DNA from: Marsupella aquatica
Taxonomy: Eukaryota > Plantae > Marchantiophyta
Direction of reading: 5' to 3'
Assembly (NCBI GenBank): GCA_973895155.1
Contig: OZ316897.1
Span: forward strand, 5,349,976-5,413,975
DNA: 64,000 nt
The position numbers and the translations under genes are program-made. Shown here in pieces: positions 1-10,945 of this stretch (the stretch's first letter is position 1; each line of letters begins with the position of its first letter). The notes beneath the pieces were generated by a model that saw only the letters and a program-made list of their open reading frames with translations, did no database searches and had not been told where the DNA came from.

Positions 1-265
1 CAAATACCAATCTTAGAGAAAAAACCACATTTGAAGTTTGGATAGAGATCATCTCTGTCAATCCTGCATACTGACCGTATTCATTGAGAAACCGTAAAGA
101 GGAGATGGATATTGATACTGATGCTCTAATTGTTAAACTTGAAGTATAATTATACAGACTATATTATATCAAATTGATAAGGTCACATGGCTCAATCTAG
201 ACCTTGGCTAACAATGAGATCCATATTCATCAATCAAGATATCATCACCGAGCTCTTGTTGGATC

Positions 266-553
266 CTCGGGGGGTTAACTTAGTGTATATTTTGGGGTAC
301 CACGTGCGATCCTAGCCTAATATAAACACACCTATTTTATAATGGGAATATTCTAAAAATATTCTCTATTTTCAATACTAATGACCTATTTTACTTTATA
401 AAAGGTATACATTAGAGAATATTCTACAAATATAGGTTTATAATACCTTCTTTTGCTTCCTACACTTTTTAAAAATTTAGCTAATTTATATGAAAAATAC
501 CTATTTTGGATCGCACGTGGTTCCTAAGATTGTTGATAGTCAACCCCCCGAGG
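266..553. repeat. Imperfect inverted repeat / foldback (MITE-like remnant)
   Basis: CCTCGGGGGGTTAACT (~266) pairs with AGTCAACCCCCCGAGG (~538-553); ACCACGTGCGATCC (299-312) pairs with GGATCGCACGTGGT (508-521); AT-rich spacer between the arms. Confidence 0.55.
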
Positions 554-1045
554 TTGGATCTCATAATTGACATCGAAGGTACTCTCCTCTATCCAATAAG
601 GTGCAGACCAAACCGGAGTTATCAATCCCAATCCTCCACTTCTATAAGTTGGATCTTTCTTGTGCTTTTTGTACGAGTCAATTGTTCAAAATTGATTGAG
701 CAGCATCCAACGCAACTTCAGTTCCTACATCGGGTCCACTTTTCCACACGTAACATTGACAATCATATTCAAGTGACTTATATCCAGTTGATCCTACTCT
801 CTTCCCTTTCTTTTTTGAGAGTGGAAGGATAACAGGACTTCTTGATGTGATCGAACAAACACCAATTTGTCATCAAAAGCGGAAAAGAGTGTATCGGGAC
901 AAATTGAAGCACCTGCCTGGTTGTCAGCAGTCGTGGATGCACTTGCTTCATTCACGGGAATGTCAGCTATTTGGATGGGTTGTGGTCTCAATCCCAATGT
1001 GTCGAGTTCATTATGCCTCTCCGCACCTTGATTGAGAAGGTTGTT

Positions 1046-2720
1046 TTAAGACAATTTTTCAAATGTATCAACTTCTAGCTCACCGGCTATAATTTTCTCG
1101 GTGGTGGTGAGCATGGTCAAGGGGCGCCAGTTGCTGAGCTCTTGTACTTCTTGATTCTTGGGAATGAGTTTAATAACTCCTACAGAGGCCTTAGTAGTCA
1201 ACCAACCATATGTCCAGAATGCCTGAATCATTTCCACACACGCGAATTTCATGTACTCCCACCCAATGTGCAGCATTTCCAAGGTTACCCCATCAATCCC
1301 AGGAGACTTGTCCCTGGGTAGAGCTAGGACCGTTTTTTCAATTTTTGCTGCATCAGGTACAGCGGCCAACGCAGCATTCTTGCGCGATGTGATCTTAGTG
1401 GTGATGAGTTCCATCATGGTATCCCGGAGTCTCCCTCTCATTCACACTAGAATCATGAGCATAGAGTTCTGTGTAGAATGATGACACCTCCCGAAGAATT
1501 TGTTCTTCGTCTTCGCAATCTTCCCCATTTGCCAATGTTAGACGTTTGATGCTTTCTTTGGCTTGCTTAGCCTTAAGCTGGTTGATGAAGTATTTTGTGG
1601 GCACCTCCCCTAACTGGAGCCAACAAACCCTACTTTTCCGTCTGAGTTTGATTGCATCATCCTGGACAATTCTCCTCACTCGCTCTTCCTCCTTTTGTAG
1701 ATCCTTGATATATCGGGAGTGGCAACAAGACCAGCCTGGATATGCAAATCTTGTAGTTGGTTCCCGGGATGTTGTGACAACCTACCCTCCATTCTTTTGT
1801 GTTTTTCAGCTTGAAGAAACCGTTTCACAGCGCCCCATGCCAGGTCCCAATTTACCCGGGGATCCCTAGTGTCGTCCATGTGTTGATTCCATGTCTCCTT
1901 CAATGCATGCTCCATCTCAGGGGAGTCAATGATGCCGACGTCCATTTTGAAGTATGTGGATTTCCTTTGAAGTCCCATTTGGGATTTTTGTTTGAGAACA
2001 AAGGTGGTGATGACGGGAATGTGGTTAGAGATAGTTTCTCTCCCATCATGAGTACAAGTCTGGACGAAAGTGCATCAATCATTATGGTTGCTGCTGTAAT
2101 TCCTATCCAACCTTGATTGGTCAAGTCTGGCAGAGTGCGTTGATTGTTTAGTGAAGTGTGGTCCCAGCTTGGCTCCAACACACAAGTAGTTGTCAACCAG
2201 ATCCAGGTGTTCCAAAAATTTATTCCAAGCTCTGTATTCAGTGCCGTGGATGCAAGAAGATGGTCCAGCAGCGTCGTCCCACAATTCTACCATATTCCAG
2301 TCGCCACAGAGAACCCAGTTGGATTGACTCGTGTGGGCTTTTAGCCACTTCTAGAGATTGATTCTCTCTCTTCTCTCGTTTGGGGCGTAGACAGATCCGA
2401 TGTTAAGATCACCAATTTCAGCCTGGATTTTAGCCCACACAAATGTCCCATCACCTTTGCGCCCATGGTCGATGACGATTAAATGGGTGAGAATCGTGAT
2501 CGCAGCGCCCGCCCTACCATTTGTGTCGCAATCAATTAGATGCATCCCAGCCTGGTTCAGCACCTTCAGCTAAAACAACGCTCTATCCTATTTGATCTTC
2601 AGTTCTTGAAAGCACATAATAGCTTTCTCCTACTTGCTTCAACGCATCCACATTCCAATTTGCTTAACCTTCAGCGGGTCATTAAGTCCCTGTGTGTTCC
2701 ACTGGCAGATGGTAAGGGTG
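1046..2720 (-). pseudogene. LINE ORF2: APE/EEP endonuclease plus start of reverse transcriptase, frameshifted
   Basis: Motifs ICQWNTQGL, NIGSVYAPN, SRLDRNY, WLQLGEVPTKYF, KSPGIDG, LIPK...NWRPLTML across ORFs 2639-3004, 2351-2563, 2075-2293, 1395-1679, 1046-1441. Confidence 0.85.
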
Positions 2721-2741
2721 GTGTCCATCATCTTAATGTTG

Positions 2742-4265
2742 CTAAGTTTTGTAGCCCACTTTGCGCACATTGTTGCCTTTGTCACCACTTGGTCGTCTGT
2801 TCTCTGTGTAGCTCCCGTTGGAAATTGGTTCTTTGTTTCTTTGTGTAATGTTGGAGGGAGGGCCCATCCTACTGTGGTTGTGTGTACCCGAGGGCCCACT
2901 ATGTGAAATGCTCCTCCTTTCTTCGACCTGATCAAATGGAGTTTCTTCAGGAAGCACCTCCGCCATGCGTCTATCGCTGGAAAATTCTGGTGTGGTTCCA
3001 TCATTCAGATTCTTTTTTGTCTTTTTTGGTTGTTGTCTCCCCCGAGGCTTCGAGCGGTGTGGTGAGCTAGAGGTTCCTGTTTCCCATCCCTGGTTTGGTG
3101 ATGCGGTGGCTTTCTGTGCATTTTTGGTGGCTTCCGTCTCCACGTCAACAGTTGAGTCCCACTCAGTTGTAGGGGTACGCTGTGGAGTCCATTCCAGCTC
3201 CACTTGGGCAATTTTTCCTGGGAATTCCGGTGGATTTTTCTCGTCCTCTTGGTCTTGCTTGTGTTGAAGCGTTGGAGTGTTGTGTGGTGATTCATGAGTT
3301 TGACGTTGAGTAGGTGGAGGCGTTTCAAGATTTTCAGTATCAATATGAAGTGTGTTGTTTCCAATTTTGCCATCTTTGAGATCCTCAGGAGATGCGATTG
3401 CTTCGTATGGATTATTGTCCTGCAGGATGGTTGCAGTAGTTGTTCCTCCTTGTTTCATCCCTCTTGTGCCTTTGCTTCCTGTGACTTTGGTGAAGCCCTC
3501 TTCATCGGCCTCTCCTTTGTGAATCGTAGGCTGATCTCTTCTGCCGCTGTGTGCTTCAGCTGCTTCTTTTTTGTGTTCTTGCCCAACCTTGTTTGGGCAG
3601 TACCTTGCAATATGCCCACGTTGTTTATAGGCAAAACAAGCATCCGAGATAGTGCAATAAATCACATCAACCTTATAGCTACCAATATTGGGGATAGTGA
3701 GCTCGATGTATTCCACTAAGTCTTCATTCAGATTACAAAGCACACATCCACGAATATGTGAGAACTTACTCCTGGCGTGTGATGTCTGAGCGTAGAGAAC
3801 CGTCCCAAGTTTGGCTAGCATCTGGTTAGCGTAATATTCCAGGGCCGGATTCAGGAGTGGAAGATCCACCCATACAGGAGCTTTGGTAGACCTCATAGCA
3901 TTTGCGTCAAAATTGGGGGTCCACGGCATGGCTATTACCATCTTGCAGCCCATGTGTAGGAATGGTTCAAGGAGAATGGATTTCTGTTTGGCTGGACTTG
4001 AGACAACCAGCAAAAAGGTGTACCGAGAAAGGACTTTGATTTGTTCTATTTCTATCCTCATGCGATGGCCAATAATGTCGTGTGCCCACACTTCAAAGTA
4101 GTCACAAGAAGGGTTGACATCGACAGTGTATAGAATGACCCCTCGGTTTTGCAAGTGTAGTATCCTGCTAGCAATGATGGTTTTATCGACTATGAGCTGT
4201 TCCGATCTCATACGTGGCAATGGCGCCAAAGGGGCCTTTGGTAGGTGAGCAAGCTGGTCTCGCAA
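2742..4265 (-). CDS. LINE ORF1 (DUF4283/RRM-like domain plus degenerate zinc knuckle)
   Basis: 507-aa ORF with PWTPNFD...PVWVDLPLL, LAKLG and CFAYKQRGHIARYC; further frameshifted N-terminal pieces probably extend to ~4937. Confidence 0.8.
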   Translation of the reverse strand: MRDQLAHLPKAPLAPLPRMRSEQLIVDKTIIASRILHLQNRGVILYTVDVNPSCDYFEVWAHDIIGHRMRIEIEQIKVLSRYTFLLVVSSPAKQKSILLEPFLHMGCKMVIAMPWTPNFDANAMRSTKAPVWVDLPLLNPALEYYANQMLAKLGTVLYAQTSHARSKFSHIRGCVLCNLNEDLVEYIELTIPNIGSYKVDVIYCTISDACFAYKQRGHIARYCPNKVGQEHKKEAAEAHSGRRDQPTIHKGEADEEGFTKVTGSKGTRGMKQGGTTTATILQDNNPYEAIASPEDLKDGKIGNNTLHIDTENLETPPPTQRQTHESPHNTPTLQHKQDQEDEKNPPEFPGKIAQVELEWTPQRTPTTEWDSTVDVETEATKNAQKATASPNQGWETGTSSSPHRSKPRGRQQPKKTKKNLNDGTTPEFSSDRRMAEVLPEETPFDQVEERRSISHSGPSGTHNHSRMGPPSNITQRNKEPISNGSYTENRRPSGDKGNNVRKVGYKT

Positions 4266-4945
4266 GTCTTTGTCAGATACATGTATCCCTGCTTCCTTGT
4301 CCAGATTGTAGTCGTATGGGTTGTCTTCGTCTTCCTGCTCAGTTTGGTTGCTTTGTGAGTCGCATTCCTCCGGGTTCCACTATGGATCTCTGAATCCCCA
4401 ATTTGGGTTACGCGCATTTGGGTCAGACAAACATTCCATGTGAGTATCTCCAGTTCCCGTCTGGGATACTGCAGAGTCCCGAATGTCAGCATTGATTCTT
4501 GTCTTCTCCTTGCGAGAGCTGTGCATTGGGTTGTTTGTTGCTGCCGCGCGATGTGGCCCTCTGTCGGTGTTAGTCTGCCAAATATTCTGACTTTTGGTGT
4601 TAGTGCTGTTGATCCTGTCAATTCTGCGTGCCCGATTGTCAAAGTCAGTGTGGCTGCTCGTGTTCCTCTCATTGATTGTGATCTTGTTTCCATCCTGCCT
4701 TTCCCTCTCATCACTGCTTGCCCTAATGTCCTTTCCTTTTGCATGCTCATGCAAAGTTGCGGCTTCTTTGCTTTGATTAGCCTTGGGCATTCCGCTGCTT
4801 GTCGTTGCCAATCCATGAAGATTCAGTTGTGCAGTTTTTTGCGTTTGATTACTCGAGAGGATTGAGGCCTCAATCTTGAGTTTCTCCTTTGTGTGCGGCC
4901 CAGCATGGCCGCCATCGCCAGGAGCTCGGTGCAACATTTTTTTGC

Positions 4946-5755
4946 CTAGTCCTTCAGTTTGAATCCTTCAATCACTTCATTAATAAAATGCAAGCCCCTA
5001 TCACTCACCAACTCCCAAGGAGCACCAAATCTCATCAAAATATTCTCATACAAGAATTTACCAGCAGTCTCCGCATCATTCTTCCTAGTGGCCTTAGCCT
5101 CCACCGATTTAGTAGCATAATCAGTAGCAAGGATGATGTACTTGTACCTATAGGTCTTACTGGCTGGACTGATAGGACCAACAAAGTCAATGCCCCATTT
5201 GGCAAAAGGGCCCAAAGGAATGATAGGTGTGAGAGGCCAGTGGTCCTTAACTGAGGGCTTGCCTGAATGTTGGCAAGCGTCACAACTCCTGATGTACTTG
5301 TGCACATCCTTGTGAAGAGTAGGCCACCAATAGCCTGCAGTCCGGATCTTCTTAATGGTGGTTTGTACCCCAAAGTGACCTCCCTCCTCTCCTGAGTGAA
5401 ATGTGTGCATAATTTTCAGGATGTCCTTCTTGCTCACACATGTCCTCAACCTGTCATCTGGTCCAAGCTTAAATAATATATCCTTAATCAATGTGTATGG
5501 TCCTGTCTTGACTACAAACATTCTTTGCTTCTGAGCATTTCCAGGTGGAATCACTCCCTCCTTTAGGTACCTTCGAATCTCAACGTATTCATCCTCCTCC
5601 TCTGAAATGGCAAACAAATGCTCATCTGGAAAATAGCAACAATGGAGATGCTCACCTCTTTTTCTTCCAACCGGGATAGGTAGTCCACATTCTTGTTCCC
5701 CATCCCATGCTTCACCTTGATCTGGTATTGAAACTCCTGGAGCAACATGACCCAC
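4946..5755 (-). pseudogene. Gypsy integrase (HHCC plus partial core)
   Basis: H-x6-GHFG, YWWPTLHKDV, CDAC, WGIDFVGPI, LVSDRG. Confidence 0.9.
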
Positions 5756-6960
5756 CTAGCAACTCTCCCTGATAAATCAGCTTTGTTCACCAGATGCTTG
5801 ATGGCATCATGATCGGTATGGAAAACCACATCATAGCCAAGTAGGTAGTGCCTGAACTTCTTACATGCAAAGATAATAGGCAAGCATTCCCTCTCAGTAG
5901 TGGTGTAGTTCTTCTCCGCTGGGCTCATCTGCTTACTTGCAGAGTAGATGGGCCTTTCCTCCTTGTTATCATCATACTGCCAAAGTATCACTCCTATACA
6001 AAAACCTGAAGCATCTCCAGTCACATGGAACTCCCGGTCAAACCTGCGTGCTGCCATCATAGGTGCCTTAACCATCCTGGCCTTGAGCTCCCTACAAGCT
6101 TCCTCTTGCCAGTCACCCCACTGAAATGGAACTTCCTTCTTTAACAACTCAGTTAGGGGCAAAGCAATCTTAGCATAGCCCTCTACAAATCTTTGGTAGT
6201 AGCCCACCATGCCAAGGAATCCCCTTACTTCTTTCACACTAGTAGGTGCTCTAAGAGCTACGATAGTGGTCACCTTGTCAATGTCAACAACAATCCCTTC
6301 TGCTGAAACTTGGTGCCCCCCAAAAAATTCCACTCTCCATTCCAATGAAGTACTTACCAGGGTTCAACTTCAGATTGGCTTCCCTACATCTCTCAAAGGT
6401 AAGCCTTAGGTGTTGTAGATAATCTTCCCGCTTACTAAAAATGGCAAAGTCATCTATAAACACCTCTAAAAAGTGTCTCAAAAAATCATGGAAGATGTCC
6501 CTCATAATTCTCTGAAATGTACCCCAGGCATTACACAGTCCAAAGGGCATCCTTCAAAATGCATAGGTCCCCCAATCAGTAGTGAAGGTGGTATAGATCT
6601 GGTCCCCAACTCGGATGAAGGTTTGGTAATATCCTGACATCCTATCCAAAAATGTGTAAACCGCATGACCAGCTAAGTGGTCCAATATAATATCAGTGAA
6701 TGGTAGCGGGTAGAAGTCCTTCTTTGTGGCTTCATTCAACTTCCTATATATAGTCCTGGCAAACTCTGATTTTGGCCACTCCATCAGCTCCCACCTTCTT
6801 TGGCACTATAACAATGGGTGACACCCACTCACTATGTTTCACTGGATAGATGAAGCCTGCCTCCAATAGCTTGTCCAACTCTTCCTTCACCTTCAAAGAG
6901 TACTTTGGATTGAGCCTATATTTCCTTTGCCTGATAGGTATTGCATTCTCGTTTAGATCT
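5563..6960 (-). pseudogene. Gypsy reverse transcriptase and RNase H
   Basis: YRKLNEATKKDFYPLP, MPFGLCNA, VFIDDF, VRGFLG, GDASGFCIG, NYTTTERE, FHTDH; stops and frameshifts. Confidence 0.9.
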
Positions 6961-7522
6961 ATCCTGTGCTCTCCCTGTTAAGTCATGGTGAGACCAGGCA
7001 TAAACATCCTTGAATTCTAGCAAGAGCTCCTTGTAAGCTTCCATCTCCACATCTTGGATGGTTCTCCCTAGATAGAACTCCATCTCAGGTGTGAGGCTCA
7101 TCTTCTCATATTGAACTGGCCTAACAGCAGGGGAAAGACTCTCTTCTTTCTCCCTCCCAAAAGTCGTATGGTAGTTCTCCATACCTGGGTCTTCTTCAAT
7201 TGCTGTTGCACCCATTCACTAGTGAATGGCACATCAAGTTCTCCCAATGCATGCTCATTCTTCTTTTTAGTCTCTCCAACACCATGAGTCTTTTCTTGCT
7301 GGTTCTCCAAGGGCAAGGGTAAAGGTGTGACCTCTTTCTCTTCTTCATCTTCCTTGACCTGTACATGCTCCTCCTCGGGCTGGTTGAAACCAAACTCCTC
7401 CTCAATGGCTGTCTTTAATGTATTTACCACCATCCAACAATCAGACACCTGGCCTTCTTCATCAGCTTCATCACTCTCAGTTGGATAGCCCATAGAAGTG
7501 GCTGTTGTCTCTCCTTGATATG

Positions 7523-8054
7523 CTAGCAGCCCCACGGAATTTTGACTGAACCAATTTTGAACTCCTTGTTCTTCCAGTCCTCCAAGACTCCAGCCTTGTA
7601 CAACCAAGGCCTCCCCAACAGAACCTGGAATGTAGCTGGGATGGGCAGCCTGATCACAACAAAATTCAGCTTGTACTCCAACTCTCCTATCCTAGTGACA
7701 ACTTGGGATAGCTTACCCACCGGTACTACCTCTTCCTGGTTAGCCATCCTTAGTATCTTGGGGGTGCTCAAATGTTGTGTAGCCTAGGTTGGTAGCAGTC
7801 TGCTCCATCATGACATTCACACCTGAACCTCCATCAACTGGTACCCTTATGACCATGCAACCTTCAATCTCAATATCAATCTCAGGTGCTCCCCAGTCCT
7901 CCACTTCAGTGTATCTCACCTCTGAAATGGTTGGTGGCAGCCTCTTCTTCCTTCTAGTCTTCACAGCATCCAACACTTGCTTCCGGTACTTTGGGTTGTC
8001 GTTCAACAATTGCCCAATGGTGACTTCAGCTAGCCTCTTCTCAATGTCTTGCAT
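7523..8054 (-). pseudogene. Gypsy aspartic protease
   Basis: VPVDGGSGVNVM ... LLGRPWL. Confidence 0.85.
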
Positions 8055-8450
8055 GATGTTATAGTGTAACTCCCTTCTGGCTGTAGGTGATAAGGAAGGT
8101 CTCTGTCACCACCACAGTAGTTCTCTTGGTGCTAGTCACCCTCCTTGGCATGTAGCTCCTCCAGGTGTGCTAGCACTTCCTCTATGACATCGGGTAGCTC
8201 AAAAGTTGGTGCTTCCTTCTCCACTTTGCCATCAAATTTCTCTTCTTCAACCGCTGGTGCCTGGCCCTTTTCCTCATAGTGTTTCATCCTGGTAGACACC
8301 TTCCACAAATTCTCTTCTTCAACATCTTGGATCCACCTCACATTTGAAATGGTGGCTTCCTCCCTTTGCTGCTCTACTGCTGTAGGGCAGTAATTCAAGG
8401 CGGTCTACTCCCTTGATAGAATGGGGACATAGCGGGTGGTGCTCTCTATT

Positions 8451-9159
8451 TTACTGGCTTGGGGCATCTAGAGGCCTTGTGTCCTTTTTCCTTGCAATTC
8501 CACATAGGAAAATGTACTCTCCCTGTATCCTCCGATGGGGGCACTCAGGTGAAATATGACCAGCCTCTCCACACTCCCAACAAGTACCAGGTATTCTAGG
8601 CACTGGATAGCCAGTCCTAGCTCTCATCTCCGCACGCATAGTTCCTTGTTGAATGGCATAAAGAGACTCCATCTCCCTAAGTTCAACCTCTTGTGGACTC
8701 ATCTCAACCTCCTGAATCATCCTCCAATCAGCTTGGCAATCTTGAGAGAAGTTACCTTCTTTCTTGCAACGGGTACACCATACATTGGTGTGGGCCATAG
8801 GTACAGGTTTCCTATTCTTCTTGATGTCGGCCATCTGCACCTTCACCTCTTCAATGGCTGCCCTCAAGGTCTGCATCTCATCCTTCACCACCTTGGCAAG
8901 GGGTGTCTCCTTAGCTGGCCGAGGCTTAGGCTTCTCCTCTACTGAATAGTCATCACTATCCTCTGAATCCTCCTCAAACCTCACCTTCTTCTTCAGCTTC
9001 TTATCTGCCCAGCGGCCAGACAATAGTGCTGACTTCTCATACATCTTGGCTACATCAACAGCAGCCGCCAAGGTTTGAGGATCTGCCTTCCTTACCAAAA
9101 AATCAAGTAACTCTGGTAGGCCAGAGATGAACCACTACAACTGAAGGTTAGATGGCGGT
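8451..9159 (-). pseudogene. gag: Gypsy gag, C-terminal part
   Basis: WFISGLP...VRKADPQTLAAAVDVA and zinc knuckles; continues the gag N-terminus at 20215-20585 across the MULE insertion. Confidence 0.85.
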
Positions 9160-9235
9160 GAGGTTTTTCCCCGTGACAGGAAACAGAAAACAGTAACAAT
9201 CATAACAGGAAAAAGAGAGGAACAAAACAGGAGAT
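9160..9235 (+). repeat. MULE left TIR
   Basis: Inverse complement of ~20140-20214. Confidence 0.85.
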
Positions 9236-10073
9236 TTGGTACTAGCATACACAAAAGATGACATAATTTTGGACAAAAAAGGAGGCCAATTTCAATAGGA
9301 ACTCCAATATGTTTAGAGTTCTCTATAGCAATTATGGAAAGAAAAGTTTTACTAGCGCCGAGCGCTAACCAAGAGTTTGTTGCCGTTCAAAACAACATTA
9401 ACAAAATGTCCATTCAACGTATCGTCGAATGATCAGAATTCCTATTAACCATGCAGATTCTCCCTTCCTAAGATGAACTAGAGTTCTTCGACATTCACAA
9501 TTGGCTGGCTCGGTAAGACCGAATACATTGGATCAAGCTTAAAGATCGTTTTGTCACAGGGCTTTCCATCTGACAGGGACCCGATTCCAGTAACATGAAA
9601 CAACCAATTTAAACAATAAAATAGCCACGCATAGTATTTGCAGCATATTTGGAGGACACTAGAAAAAAGAGAGATGAAAGAAACAATTGTATAGAGGCGG
9701 GTTTATATAATTGTGGAGGAGAATAGAACATATAATAGTAGCGCCAGGCGCTAGCGACACGCGCTACTTGAAAAAGAAATTACATTGATATCCAGAAGAT
9801 AATAAAAGTCCATAACCTTCGAGAAAAAGAAATAACCCTAATAACATACTCAAAAAACCTAATGCGATAACAAAACGGAAGGAGCAATAAAGCTAACTCG
9901 GCCGAACCGGAGCCCCCATTCAAAAAGATGACATGAATCAAACTCATGAACGACTCCAACGATGAGATGAAAGCTAGCGCCAGGCGCTAGCGTCAAGAAG
10001 AAATCCACACTCTCTAGGAAGTAGAAGACAAGCAGTCGTCGTCCAACCCAACTTTGAACCTATCCTCATCCTG

Positions 10074-10484
10074 TCAAAACCCATCCTCTCGATCCAGAAA
10101 AAAACGAGGTCTGGGATAGCGACTCCGACTTCGGTCGTTTGGGATGTTCGAATCGGAAAAGCTCACACGTCCGGTGTCTGCTTGGATGTCTCTGAAAAAA
10201 GCTGTCCTTTCCACCCGATACACATTCGAAGGATCAGGGTCGTGAACAGAGAACCTCTCTCGGAAAGGAAGTGGAGGCAAAGGATCACGCGATGGAAGGT
10301 GTCTAGTTCTGTGGCTAATACCCTCATCCGCGGCCAGCCACAACCTGTTCCTCTTGGTTGACGTCTCCGGGCACTGTGTAAAAGATGGAGTCAAATCTAA
10401 ACCCGGATCTCTAATCGACCTCCAAACCATCGTCTTTGGCGGATTGCAGCTCTCCAATTTCGCTATTTGCTTTCCCTTATCCAT
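10074..10484 (-). CDS. Putative small accessory ORF of the MULE, function unknown
   Basis: 136-aa ATG-initiated ORF (MDKGKQ...), preceded by three ~40-bp repeats (10520-10640); no recognisable domain. Confidence 0.35.
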   Translation of the reverse strand: MDKGKQIAKLESCNPPKTMVWRSIRDPGLDLTPSFTQCPETSTKRNRLWLAADEGISHRTRHLPSRDPLPPLPFRERFSVHDPDPSNVYRVERTAFFRDIQADTGRVSFSDSNIPNDRSRSRYPRPRFFLDREDGF

Positions 10485-10945
10485 TCAATCGATGAAAACA
10501 ACGGATGCAAAACTCAGGGAGAAGAGAAGAGGTGAGTCCGGGCAGACCAGAAATGAAACAAAGGGAAGAGGTGAGTCTGGGCAGTGCACAAATGAAACGA
10601 AGCGAAGAGATGAGTCGGCGCGTCACAGAAATGAAAGGGAGAAATCCGTTTAGGGTTGAACAAACTCGAAGTTGACCAATCCCGAAGTTCAACAAACACT
10701 ACACTTTGAGAGAGTCCAAACGATCATATCCACCACAAACCAAAATACGTACAGACTGAAGGTATAATTATTCACCGTACAACTGTACGAGTACATGCAT
10801 TTCTGATATCTGCACAAATATGCACTCAGGAAAGAGACTCCCGGTGCGTCTAACTCATTTAAAGTCTCAGATCCGAACACCCTGTTTAATAGCGTCGGGC
10901 GCTAGTACAAGGTTCCAAAGAAAACCTTAGAAATTCCCAGTCAAC

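Larger units (their letters stand above)
1046..4940 (-). mobile_element. Degenerate L1-clade LINE retrotransposon, 3'-truncated
   Basis: ORF1-like and fragmented ORF2 (endonuclease followed by RT N-terminus) in canonical order on the minus strand. Confidence 0.85.
4946..9159 (-). mobile_element. Ty3/Gypsy LTR retrotransposon, internal gag-pol part (Athila/Phygy-like), degenerate
   Basis: Order gag-protease-RT-RNaseH-integrase: zinc knuckles CWECGEAGHISPEC, protease VDGGSG, RT MPFGLCNA and FIDD, RNaseH DAS...TDH, integrase GHFG...WGIDFVGP...SDRG. Integrase truncated near 4960. Confidence 0.92.
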
